Of a stretch of DNA of 64,000 nt, positions 54,378 through 64,000 are shown in pieces (the stretch's first letter is position 1; the number at the start of each line of letters is the position of its first letter). The stretch covers positions 62,001 through 126,000 of the forward strand of contig JAAOMT010000586.1 of assembly GCA_016748015.1 (NCBI GenBank), in the 5' to 3' direction. The notes under the pieces are model-generated. The model was not told the origin of the DNA, did not search any database, and worked only from the letters and a program-made list of their open reading frames with translations. Source of the stretch: Geosiphon pyriformis uo1. Taxonomy: Eukaryota; Fungi; Glomeromycota. Both the position numbers and the translations under genes were made by a program.

Positions 54378-57300
54378 CTTTTGTTATATTTTTCGTTGGT
54401 ATTGTTCTGGTTTTGTTATATTTTTGGGTTGAAATGTTTTTAGATTTGTTTCATTCGTGACAAACTGTTAGCATTTCTGTTGTCTTTTCCCTTTTTATAA
54501 TGTATAGTATAATTATATGGTGCGAGTGTCATTTTCCATCTTGACTATCTTTCATTTCCAAATTCTTGTTTTTGAAGTGATGTTAATCCTTTGTGATCTG
54601 TGTATACTTCAAACTTCTGGCTCAAGTATTCTTTCCATTTCATGACTGCCCAGTATATCACTAAGTGTTCTTGTTCTGGTGTTCCATAGTTCTTTTTGGC
54701 TGGTGTTAAACTTCTGCTGGCATATGCTACTGAATGTTCCCTGCCATCTGGTCCTCTCTGAGATAATACTGCTCCCAATGTTTAGCCAGATGCATTGGTA
54801 ATAATGATGAATGGTTTGTTATGATCTGAATAGATCAGTACTGAAGCTTAAATGAGCTTTTTTCTCAGAATATTAAAAGCTTCTTGTTGACTTTCTGTCC
54901 ATTCATATTTTGTATTTTTGGTTTGCAGTTGGTTGAGTGGCTGTGCTATCTTGAAAAAGTTCTTAATAAAATGTCGATAGTAGCTGGCAAATTCCAAGAA
55001 TAATTTCAGTTCTGTCCTATTTGTCAGCACTGGAAAGTTCTTTACTATCTCTATTTTCTCTGGATCTGTTTTGATGCCATCTTTGCTGACTATGTGTCCC
55101 AAAAATTTTAGTTCTGTCTTGCCAAAGAAGCACTTTGTTGCATTTAACTTTAGTCCTGTTCTTCTTAGTCTTTCGAACACTTGTTGAAGATAATGAAGAT
55201 GATCATTAAATGTTTTTGAGAATACATTGGTGTTGTCCAAGTATACAACTACTGATTTTCACAATAAGCCTGTATAAACAATTTCCATTAGCCTTTGGAA
55301 AGTGACTGGTGTGTTGGTTAAGCCAAATGGCATTACTTCAAATTCAAAATTCCCTTCTCTGATAGTGAATGCCGTCTTTTCTTTGTTGGCTGGATCCATG
55401 GTTACTTGTCAGTAACCACTGTCTAGGTCTAATGTTGAAAACCATTTGTTTTCACTGAAAGTGTCGAATAATTCTTGGATCCATAGAGTGGGGTAGCTAT
55501 CTCTATGAGTTACTCTATTGAGTTTTCTATAATTCACACAAAAGTGGATCTTTTTATTCTTTTTACAAACGAGTACCACTGGTGATGACTATGGGCTTAT
55601 TGATGGCTGAATTAGTCTGTTGTCAAGCATTCAGTTTATCTCTTGCCGGATAATCTTGTGGCTAGCTGGTGGTACTCTGTATGCTCTTTGTTTAATTGGC
55701 ATTGCATCTCCAGTCTTAATCTGATGCTGGATGATGTCAGTTCAGCCAAACTCATTTTTGCTGGCAAAAATGTTATTGAAATTGTTGAGCAACATCTTAA
55801 GTTGCATACTTTAGAGTGGATTCAAGTTTTCCATGTTCATTTGTTCCAATTGTTCTGGTTGGAACAAATAACATTTGCTTTGTCCATATATTATTTGTAA
55901 TGTTATATCAACATATCCACAAAGCTGTGGAAAGTCTGGAATAGAGTTTGGTGGTTGGTCTTCTATTTCTGTGGTTAAATATCTGATGGTAGTTTTTTCT
56001 GATATGTTGATGACATTGCCAGTGTTGTTGTAGATGGGAATTTTAATGTGGCTATAGCTTTTGGCTGGTATGTGGAGATTGCTCAGTCCAATCTCTTCTG
56101 ATTCACAAAAATTTGCTTCAGCTTCAAAAATCTGTTCTTGTTCCTTTTCCTTCCTTTCTATTGTTAGTATGTACTGGCTATATGGTGAAATGGAAATAGC
56201 TTGACCGGTTGAAATAATTTCTCCTTGGCCAACAATTTTTTCCTCCACCATATTAACTGGTACATTTATTCTATTTGTTGACCCAAATCCTTGTATTCCT
56301 CTTGCTGTTATCCCTAATTTCTCCTTCTTTCCCACTAATATCAACTGAGCTATTCTAACCAGAGGCAGAAATATTGTCTGTGCTATTTTTTTGTTGGGCT
56401 CTATTATATAGGCCTTTTCTGAGTCATTTTGTAGCATAGTGATAATATTTCTTATATATCCCATGTCAATTATTCCTCTTTTCACTAAACTACTTCTAGA
56501 TGCTAATTGAACTATTGTTGTTGCCAGAATTTCCAGTGCTATTTTCAGATCAATGCAGGTGCACAAATGTGGTTCCAATTTGATGGCTTCTTTTTCTGGA
56601 TACTTCAGATCAAACTCAGCATCAGTATTATGCATGCGTTCTGGCATGATACCTTCCCCATTGTTACTATACCATTTCAACTCCTGCTCCTTGGAAAGAT
56701 CTGGTAGTGCAATATATTGTTTGTATTTTGTATTGGAGTTTGAATCTGAGTTGGAATCATTGTTATTGTTATTGCTATTTTGAATGAAGCTTGAACTGTT
56801 GTTGTCGTCATTGTTGTCAGAGTTTGAATCATGATTGATTGGTGATTCCGACTCCGATGCACAGCTGCTGATTGGTTCTTCCTCTTCGTGGATCATGTAG
56901 ATCATGCATGGTGGTAGATTGTAAATAAGGTTACAATCATCACAATATTCAAAGTTACTGAGAATTAAACAATAGTGACACAGTCTTGTATTCAACTGTG
57001 CTAGCTGTTGTTCTTGCTCTTCTTTAGTGGGTGTTAAGTTTTGGTAGTGCTCATAGAACTCTTCTGGTTCCAAGAAATTTATGACTGGCTTTGCATCCCA
57101 GTTAAGCTCAATGGGTTCTGATAAGTTGTTTTTAATTGTTTTGATTTCTTCTGGCAACGCGCTTTCAATTTTGGTGATTGCCATTTGCCATAATTCATCG
57201 TCATTGTGTGGACAACTGTCCAATTGCTGTACAGCTCTTCTCCAAGTGGCTTTTATTGGTGTCCCTTTTTCGACCCAGTCACTAATGAGAATTGTGTATT

Positions 57301-60300
57301 GGCAGGAAACATTGCACATTCCTCCTCTCTCAGAAATGTCATTCCACATTCCTTCATTGAGGAGAGTTTCTCCACAGGCTAGACATGGTGTATTATCCCA
57401 TTTTCCCACTTGTTTTGGTCTTCCAAAATGTTTGACAAGGCATGCATGGCAATAGAACTTGGTTGCCATCTAATATTCTTCATCGTCACCACAGCATGCA
57501 CCTATTGACGACAATTTTTTGCTGCAATTAATGCATATCAGTTTGGGTTGGCGATAGATCAATGATTGTTGTTGACTGTAGGTGTATGGGATATAAGTGT
57601 TGTTGGCTTGAGTGTTTTCTTCCTCTCTCTCTTTTTCTTTTCCTTTTTCTTCTTTCCACTTCCAACTCAATGGTTCTTCCTGTTCGTTGTCAGTCCAGAT
57701 CAAATCATCTGTCTTCCAAGTCAGTTCTTCTTTTTGCTTTCCCTTGGGGTTGTCATTCCACAAGAGTATCAGTAGTAGTTTGTTGTGGTTGGCATCAGCC
57801 CAGAAGACTTGGTAAGCTTTCCAAGTAGATTTCTCTTTCTCTTCTTCCAGTTCAATCAATAGTTTCTCTTTTGGAGGAGTCTTGAAATGGCCACATGTGG
57901 CTGGTATACGTATGTGTCAGCCCTAATATGTTAGCTGGAGTTCCTGGGTGTTCCAGTCTAATGTTGCATTGACTTTGAACAGCCAGTCATTACCAACTAG
58001 AGCTTGGTATTGAGTGGCTTTCATCACTAAAACTTTAATGAGAGTTATGATGCCATTGATTTTGAAAGAGAAGTCATCAATTTCACCAATTGGAGTTTTG
58101 GTCACTCCATCAGCTGTGATGATTCTGGTGCTGGCAGTTCGATCAACTCGGTGACCTAATTGGTCCATGAGTTGTTGTGTGATAATACTGCCTGCTGAAC
58201 TGCTATCGAGGATCAATTTGATGGATTGACCATTAACTTTAGCATCTGTGTACATCATGGTGATGGGTTTTTCATCGAAAGCGGCTCCACTAAATAATGA
58301 GATACTTGATGGCTCTTTGATTTTAAATAAGAAGATGGCAGCTAATGATTTGTCATTGGTGACTGTTGCTGGCAGAATATTGCTGGTAAGGGTTTGTTGT
58401 TTTTGGGTGGGTTCTTGGTTGCTGGGTGAGGTGTCTTCTAAGGTAACCAGGAGACTTAAATAGTCTTGGGAATTCGGGTTTTGGGGATGACCAGCACCCA
58501 AATTCCATTGACGAGATCCTGTTTGTTGACTGGAGGAGCTGGGGATCAGCTGATGAACTACCATCAATGATCTCCAGTTTTGCTGCGTGATTTTCAGTCT
58601 TTGGAATCCGTTTTGAGGCAAGTTTTGTGGCGGTGTTTGAATTTGTTGTTGGGGTTGATAAATTACTTGAGGTTGCAACTGATAAATTACTTGTGGCTGT
58701 GGTTGATAGCTTGTGGGTGTTTGATGGACTGGAGTTTGATATACTGGTGGTTGATAGATTTGTGACTATGTCATTGGTAGGTAAGTAGTTTGATCTTAAT
58801 TTGGGTAATGATTCAGAGTTTGAAATCTGTGATCGGAGTTTTGATATTGATTTTCTGATTATTGATTGTTGCTATAAAATCTGCAGTCTGCTCTTATGTA
58901 TTCTTGTTTACCACAGTTGTGACAAACACACGTTTTTGGCTGCCACAGCTGATTAGATGCTGCTAATGATGATGATGGACGCGACTAATTTTGGAAAAAA
59001 TTCATGTTTCCTGGATTGTTGCATCATTGTGATGGTTGATAAATTGGGCGATTGTTAGCTAAGTATCCCTCTAACTTCTGATTAATTGAATCACTGAATT
59101 GTTTCAATTTAGAATCCAATTCAGATGATCTATTCATCACTAGGTTCATGGCGTAGACATAATTGGCTTCTAATTCAGCAGATTTGAAATCTCTGGCATG
59201 TGTGACTGCATCCTGGAGAGTGGCTGGATGCAATAAGTGTACGTGTTGCAGAATGCTACTGCACAGGCTACAGATGAATTGATTGAGAATTTGTGGTGCT
59301 GTGAAATAATTAGCATCAATTGCTTGGATTTGTCGCAGATTTCTATGGAAGCATCCCAGATATGTGGTAACTGCTTCAGTTTCTCCTTGTTTAATTGTAG
59401 TGAAAGTGTTGGCTAATTTGTTAATGCTGTTGTTATTGCTAAAGTATCTCAAAAATTCTAATTTGAAGGCATTAAAATCTTGGGGTTTGTCGACCAGACT
59501 TTGATATCATGAATCTGCTGTATCCTTGAGAAAATAAGATATGGCTTGCATGGCTCTGGCATTATTTCATCTATTGGCTGTAATGGCTTTTTCTACATTG
59601 TTTAGCCAAACTTGTGCATCATCCTCTTCGCCAGTGAATTTGTCAAGCTTTGCGATTGGTGCATATGTTATTTGTTGTTGTTGCTGTGGTGGAAGTTGTT
59701 GTTGTTGAGATGGTACTGGGGATGGTTGTTGATTTTGTTGGTTTGGTATTTGAATGGGCTGACCAATTGGTTCAACTGGTGGTTAATTAATGATGATAAC
59801 TGGAGATAAGTGTTGATTAATTACTTCAGGGTTTTGATTTTGTGGTGCTTAAATATTTGGAGTTTTGATTTCCAGATTTTTTTACTAAGTTTGAATGTTC
59901 GGAGTTCCAAATTCCGGGTTTTCAAGGATTGGGTTTTGGTAAGTAAATTCTTGATCTTCCAATTCTTCTTCCTCTTCTTCTTCAGATAGTTTCTATGAGG
60001 TAGTAGTTCTAAAGTCCGGTTGAGGCAGCAGTGATCAAATTCCTGATGGTATTGGTGATTATGACTTAAATCCTTCAAAATATTTGCCATATGGTCCTAG
60101 TAGATCTGTTTTTCTTTGTTTACTTTGAAATAGAAATTGTCTGAATGTTGATATCATGTTTGATGTGGATGTGCTTGCTGATATTATATTGATGGCACTT
60201 CTCGGTGTGTAGTGATAGGATGGAGCAGTTGGTGATTCAACTCTTGTTTTCTTTTAAGTAGGTGGTTGTATCCTTTTGGGTGTTACCACTGGTGTTTGTA

Positions 60301-60631
60301 GTTTTCTTTTGCCTTTACTGGCGTAAGTAATTGGATATCTTTGTTGGATGTGATGTTCAATTTCTTTGTTGATCTCAGTAATGATGGAGGCAAAATTGTG
60401 ATTTGTTGGCAGGTTGGTATTTTGAATTAATTTTCTGTAGAAAGTTTCTCTGGCTGATTCAGTATTTACTGGTGTTTCTAACAAAGAGGAAATCTTTTTG
60501 TTGACGTAGAAATTAAAGGCTGATTTGGTGGATATATGATTGTGGTTTAATTCCAAGTGTTGACAATAGTGTTGAAATAGGGATTTTGCGAATTCTAAAT
60601 GGTTTGCTTCTATGTTTTCTGATTCTGCCAC
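54374..60631 (-). pseudogene. Single-frame gag-protease-Cys-rich insert-dUTPase-RT-RNase H polyprotein of element A (nonsense-inactivated)
   Basis: ORF pieces starting at 60631, 59452, 58678, 57859, 57469, 55240 and 54778 are all in one frame. Capsid TIKQGETEAVTTYLGCF, knuckle CHNCGKQEYIRADC, protease ILDSSSAGSII, RT MPFGLTN / VYLDN / FLGHIVS, RNase H GAVLSQ..VAYASR..YTDHKGL. Confidence 0.92.
56275..56650 (-). other. dUTPase domain within pol
   Basis: All five trimeric dUTPase motifs in order: DAEFDL, ASRSSL, GIIDMGY, KIAQ, RGIQGFGST. Confidence 0.92.
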
Positions 60632-60675
60632 TTTTGAATGGTGTTTGTTGGTGCTGGTTCTCTGTAAAATTATAT

Positions 60676-60691
60676 CTCACAGGAAGCACCA
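60676..60691 (-). promoter_or_regulatory. Primer-binding site of element A
   Basis: tggtgcttcctgtgag lies 2 nt after the 5' LTR and is complementary to a tRNA 3' end (...CUCACAGGRAGCACCA). Confidence 0.85.
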
Positions 60692-60693
60692 AA

Positions 60694-61554
60694 TATTACA
60701 AATGACAATTTCTGGTGTTGAATTAAATACAAACCCATAACTTGGTGCTCAAAGCTATTCTCATTGTCAATAATCTGAAGGTTTGGTATCTGAAGGTTTT
60801 GTATCTAAAAGGTTTGGTTGAGTTCTTTGTATAATGGACAGAGATTCAATGGTGATAGTTTTATCCATAGCTTCCCAAAACCGCAGTTTTGTCAATTTTT
60901 TTCTCAGCTTGATGACTGGTATTCCTCCTGGTAAGCTATCCTCAATCGAGTGTTCTATCCTTATTTCTGGGTCTTTTACTAGTCACGTTTATCCTGACGT
61001 CAGTGCCCTGTGCGTTAATCCTCAATAGAGTTAGTAAACAACAATAAAATCAAAGCAAGAAAATAAAGAAAATAAAATAAAATAAAGAAAGAAAAGAAAT
61101 AAGCCAAGGTAATTTACAAGTTAGTATTCCGTCAATAGTCATGATCAAGAGCTATTGTTCCAGTGTGATTAAGTATCAATTACTATCAACACTTCATGTT
61201 GATAGTGAAAATGGGTTTGAGATAACAAATAGTTATTTATTAGATAATTGTAATTTGAAGAGTTGCTTAAATTAAATCTAAAACTAAGAGGTCTGTCTTT
61301 TTAGCTTCTAATCCTGCTGCTATATATACATAATTGAGATTCCTCAATTCCTCAATTCTTCATGACAGGAATCCTGGAATTCCTGGAATCCTGTGATTCT
61401 TTTGAGAAGAATCCTGAAATTCTGGAATTCTGCAATTCCTCATTGAGGAATCCTGAAATTCCTAAAAGAAATTCTGGAATTCCACATTTACTACACCTAC
61501 TTCTGATTGGCTAATAATCATGCTAATATATTTCCTATATTTCTATGAGTAATA
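60694..61554 (-). repeat. 5' LTR of element A
   Basis: Direct repeat of 51437-52297; adjacent to the PBS. Confidence 0.95.
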
Positions 61555-62162
61555 CCATGATGTCAATAACTCAGCACTTTTAATCCTTAATCAATTAGTA
61601 TACAATAACAAAACAACACAAGAAAAGAAAAGAAAAGAAAAAAAGAAAAAAAAATGAAATAAAGAAAATAAGCCAAGGCAATTTTGATTCATATCCTGTC
61701 AATAGCTGTGATCAAGAGCTATTGTTCTAGTATGGTTAAGTATGTGCTATTATCAACATGAAATGTTGATAGTTGAGAAGGGATTTGAGATAGTGAATAA
61801 TTATTTATTTGATATTTGTGATGTGGAAGATTGCTTAGAGGAAATCTAAACTTCTGAGGTCTGTCTTTTCAGCTTCTAATTTTACTGCTATATATACATA
61901 ATTGAGATTCCTTAATTTCTCAATTTCTTACAACAGGAATCCTGGAATTTCTGGAATCCTGCAATTCCTGATAAGAGAAATCCTAGAATTTTGGAATCCT
62001 GCAATTCCTTGTTAGAGAATTCTGAAATTCCTGGAATCCTGTAATTCTTCTGAAAAGAATCCTGGAATTCCACATTTACTATGTCTCCATCTGATTGGCT
62101 AATATCTACTGACTAATAATACTATATTTCCTATATTCTATGAGTAACATTATTCCTTCCTT

Positions 62163-62818
62163 TTAATATTGAGCTTTATTGAAATCTAATTTCTTTAATT
62201 CCTCTTCTTGAATTATTTCTTGAATTTTTTTTTCGAATATAACTTGTGTTATTTTAGTTTGTAGTTCTTTAAATTGAGTATTGGTCATTTTTCTCAATTG
62301 ATTACTCGTAATTGTATCCATGGCTGTGTTGAATAAGATTTCTAGTCAGTCTTGAAATCCCATATATAGCTGGTAGATGGCTCGAGCTTGTGTAGTTAGA
62401 TTGTTTTTTTCCACAAATTGTTCCAGTTGTCTCAGTATTGTTATGTCGAATAACTATTTTGTTTTGTTGGTATACAAATTCTAGATATTTACATGTTGTC
62501 TCAAATAGAAATGACAATAGTTTTTCGGAAATTGTTGCGTCCACCAAGTCCAAGTTTCTCTGGTAAGGTCTTGGTGTAATCTGACTATTTGTTGTTCATT
62601 TATGGCCAATTTTATCTTGGTCATAATCTTGTCAACAACATTTTCAAGTCTTTTCTGTGCTTTGTGTTGTAATATTTTTGCCATATTTTTGTAATGAATG
62701 GTTTGTTGATTGATTGTGATTTCTATTTCTTGGTGTTGGATCAATTGAAAGAGTTGTTGTGTTAGTAAGTAGATGTTGTCAGTTATTTCCATTTTTTTGG
62801 TATCTTTTATCATGTCGA
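62163..62818 (-). pseudogene. ORF3 homologue of element B
   Basis: ..MEITDNIYLLTQQLFQLIQHQEIEITINQQTI..RETWTWWTQQFPKNYCHFYLRQHVNI..LDFNKAQY*, ending at the PPT. Confidence 0.8.
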
Positions 62819-64000
62819 TGTTACTCATAGAAATATAAGAAATATATTAGCATAATTATTAGCCAATCAGAAGTAAGTGTAGTAAATATAGAATTTCAGG
62901 ATTCCTCTCAGGAATTACAAGATTCCAGGAATTTTAGGATTCCCAATGAGGAATTGCAGGATTCCAGAATTGCAGGATTCCTCTCAAAGAAATCACAGAA
63001 TTCCAGGAATTCCAGGATTCCTGTCATGAAGAATCAAGAAATTGAAGAATCCCAATTATGTATATATAGCAGTAGTGTTAGAAACAGAAAAAACAGAATC
63101 GATACCACAGAATCCTTAGCCAAGAAACCAATTATCAAATAAATAATTATTCCATATCTCAATCCACTATTCACTATCAACACTTCATGTTAATAGTAAT
63201 TGCTATTTAACCACGCTGGAACAATAGCTCTTGATCACGGCTATTGACAAGATACTAACAGACCAAATTGCCTTGGCTTATTTTCTTCATTTTCTTTATT
63301 TTTATTTTCTTTATTTTATTTCCTTTCTTTCTTTGATTTTGTTGTTGTATACTAATTGATTAAAAGATTAAGCGCTGAGTTATTAATGTCAAGGATAGCC
63401 TGGTAAAAGACCCAGAAATAAGGGTAAGATTTTATATATATTATTGGATAGCTTACCAGAAGGACATGACTGCCAGACTAAATCTGGCCACCATGCTGAG
63501 AAAGAAATTAGGAAAACCACTTGAAGATACAACCACTATCAACCTTATTGAATCTCTGTTCATTATACAAAGAACTCCACAACAAAAATCTTCAGATCAA
63601 CCAAAACCTTCAGATACCATACCTTCTGCACATTATCTATGAAAGTAGCTTTTGAGCACCAAGTTACGGGTTTGTTATTCAATTCCACAACAGAAATAAT
63701 CACCTATAACATTTGGTGCTCCCTGTGAGGTATAATCCTACAGAGAACCAACACCGACAACACCAAACCAAAAGTGGCAGAATCAGAAATTATAGGAGCA
63801 AACCATTTAGAATTCGCAAAATTTTTATTTTAACACTATTGTCAATACTTGGGATTAAACCACAATCATATATCTGCTGAATCAGCCTTCAATTTCTACA
63901 TCAATGAAAAAATTTTCTCTTTATTAGGAACACTAGTGAATATTGAATCAGCAAGAGAAACTTTCTATAAGGAATTAATTCAAAACACCAATCTACCAAC
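62819..64000 (+). mobile_element. Gypsy element C, 5' end: LTR 62819-63711, PBS 63714-63730, start of gag at ~63774; continues off the right edge
   Basis: TGttactcatag...ctataaCA termini, PBS tggtgctccctgtgagg, then VAESEIIGANHLEFAK..., homologous to the gag N-terminus of element A. Confidence 0.92.
62861..63070 (+). promoter_or_regulatory. Putative LTR U3 promoter: CCAAT box, GGA(A)TTCC microrepeat array, TATA box
   Basis: agccaatcag at 62861, ~165 bp of caggaattc/ggattcc repeats, and tatatatagc at 63061. The same layout occurs in all five LTRs. Confidence 0.6.

Larger units (their letters stand above)
51437..61554 (-). mobile_element. Complete Ty3/Gypsy LTR retrotransposon A (~10.1 kb), inactivated
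   Basis: Two ~860-bp LTRs (51437-52297 and 60694-61554), TSD ccat at 51433-51436 and 61555-61558, PBS, PPT, and domain order gag-PR-(dUTPase)-RT-RH-IN. Confidence 0.95.
51128..62818 (-). mobile_element. Gypsy element B: 3' LTR split into 51128-51436 and 61555-62149 by element A; PPT and ORF3 region at 62150-62818; then interrupted by element C
   Basis: The two LTR halves rejoin to ccaggctatccat|gatgtcaataac, matching the intact LTR of element C. Termini TGTTACA and agtaaCA. PPT aaaaggaaggaataa on the minus strand. Confidence 0.87.

Noticed and set aside
60834-61028. Small ORFs inside LTRs (60834-61028, 51194-51376, 62954-63142)
   Set aside because: They are short, lack recognisable motifs, and are not kept open across the LTR copies.
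61900-62075. Short quasi-palindromic repeats resembling a CRISPR array
   Set aside because: The units are 8-9 bp with no unique spacers, sit inside eukaryotic LTRs, and no cas genes are present.

Overview
Eukaryotic, intron-rich fungal DNA. Gene content and repeat families suggest an early-diverging Mucoromycota/Glomeromycotina-type fungus (inference). A compact central island (about 14.0-42.7 kb) holds ten host genes: a very large UNC79-like/C1-domain protein, phosphoglucomutase, an RluA-family pseudouridine synthase, Swi3/Csm3, an F-box-WD40 protein, an intronless PPR protein, a TEA-domain factor, Pam17, profilin and a TPR-like protein. Decayed, AT-rich retrotransposon terrain flanks it on both sides. 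Left side: LINE fragments, one full-length RNase H-bearing LINE with a 10-bp TSD inside a ~394-bp tandem repeat, and a solo LTR with a 4-bp TSD. Right side: a second LINE interrupted by a nest of three related Ty3/Gypsy elements. The complete Gypsy copy (51437-61554, minus strand) is the most unusual object in the window. It has a Met-less, probably GTG-initiated gag, a Cys-rich insert plus a dUTPase between protease and RT, an integrase in a separate ATGA-overlapped ORF, and a conserved ~220-aa non-env ORF3 ending at the PPT. In the repeat comparisons I made by eye, decay is almost entirely C->T/G->A. No bacterial-type features, rRNA, tRNA or CRISPR were seen. All alignments were done by eye.
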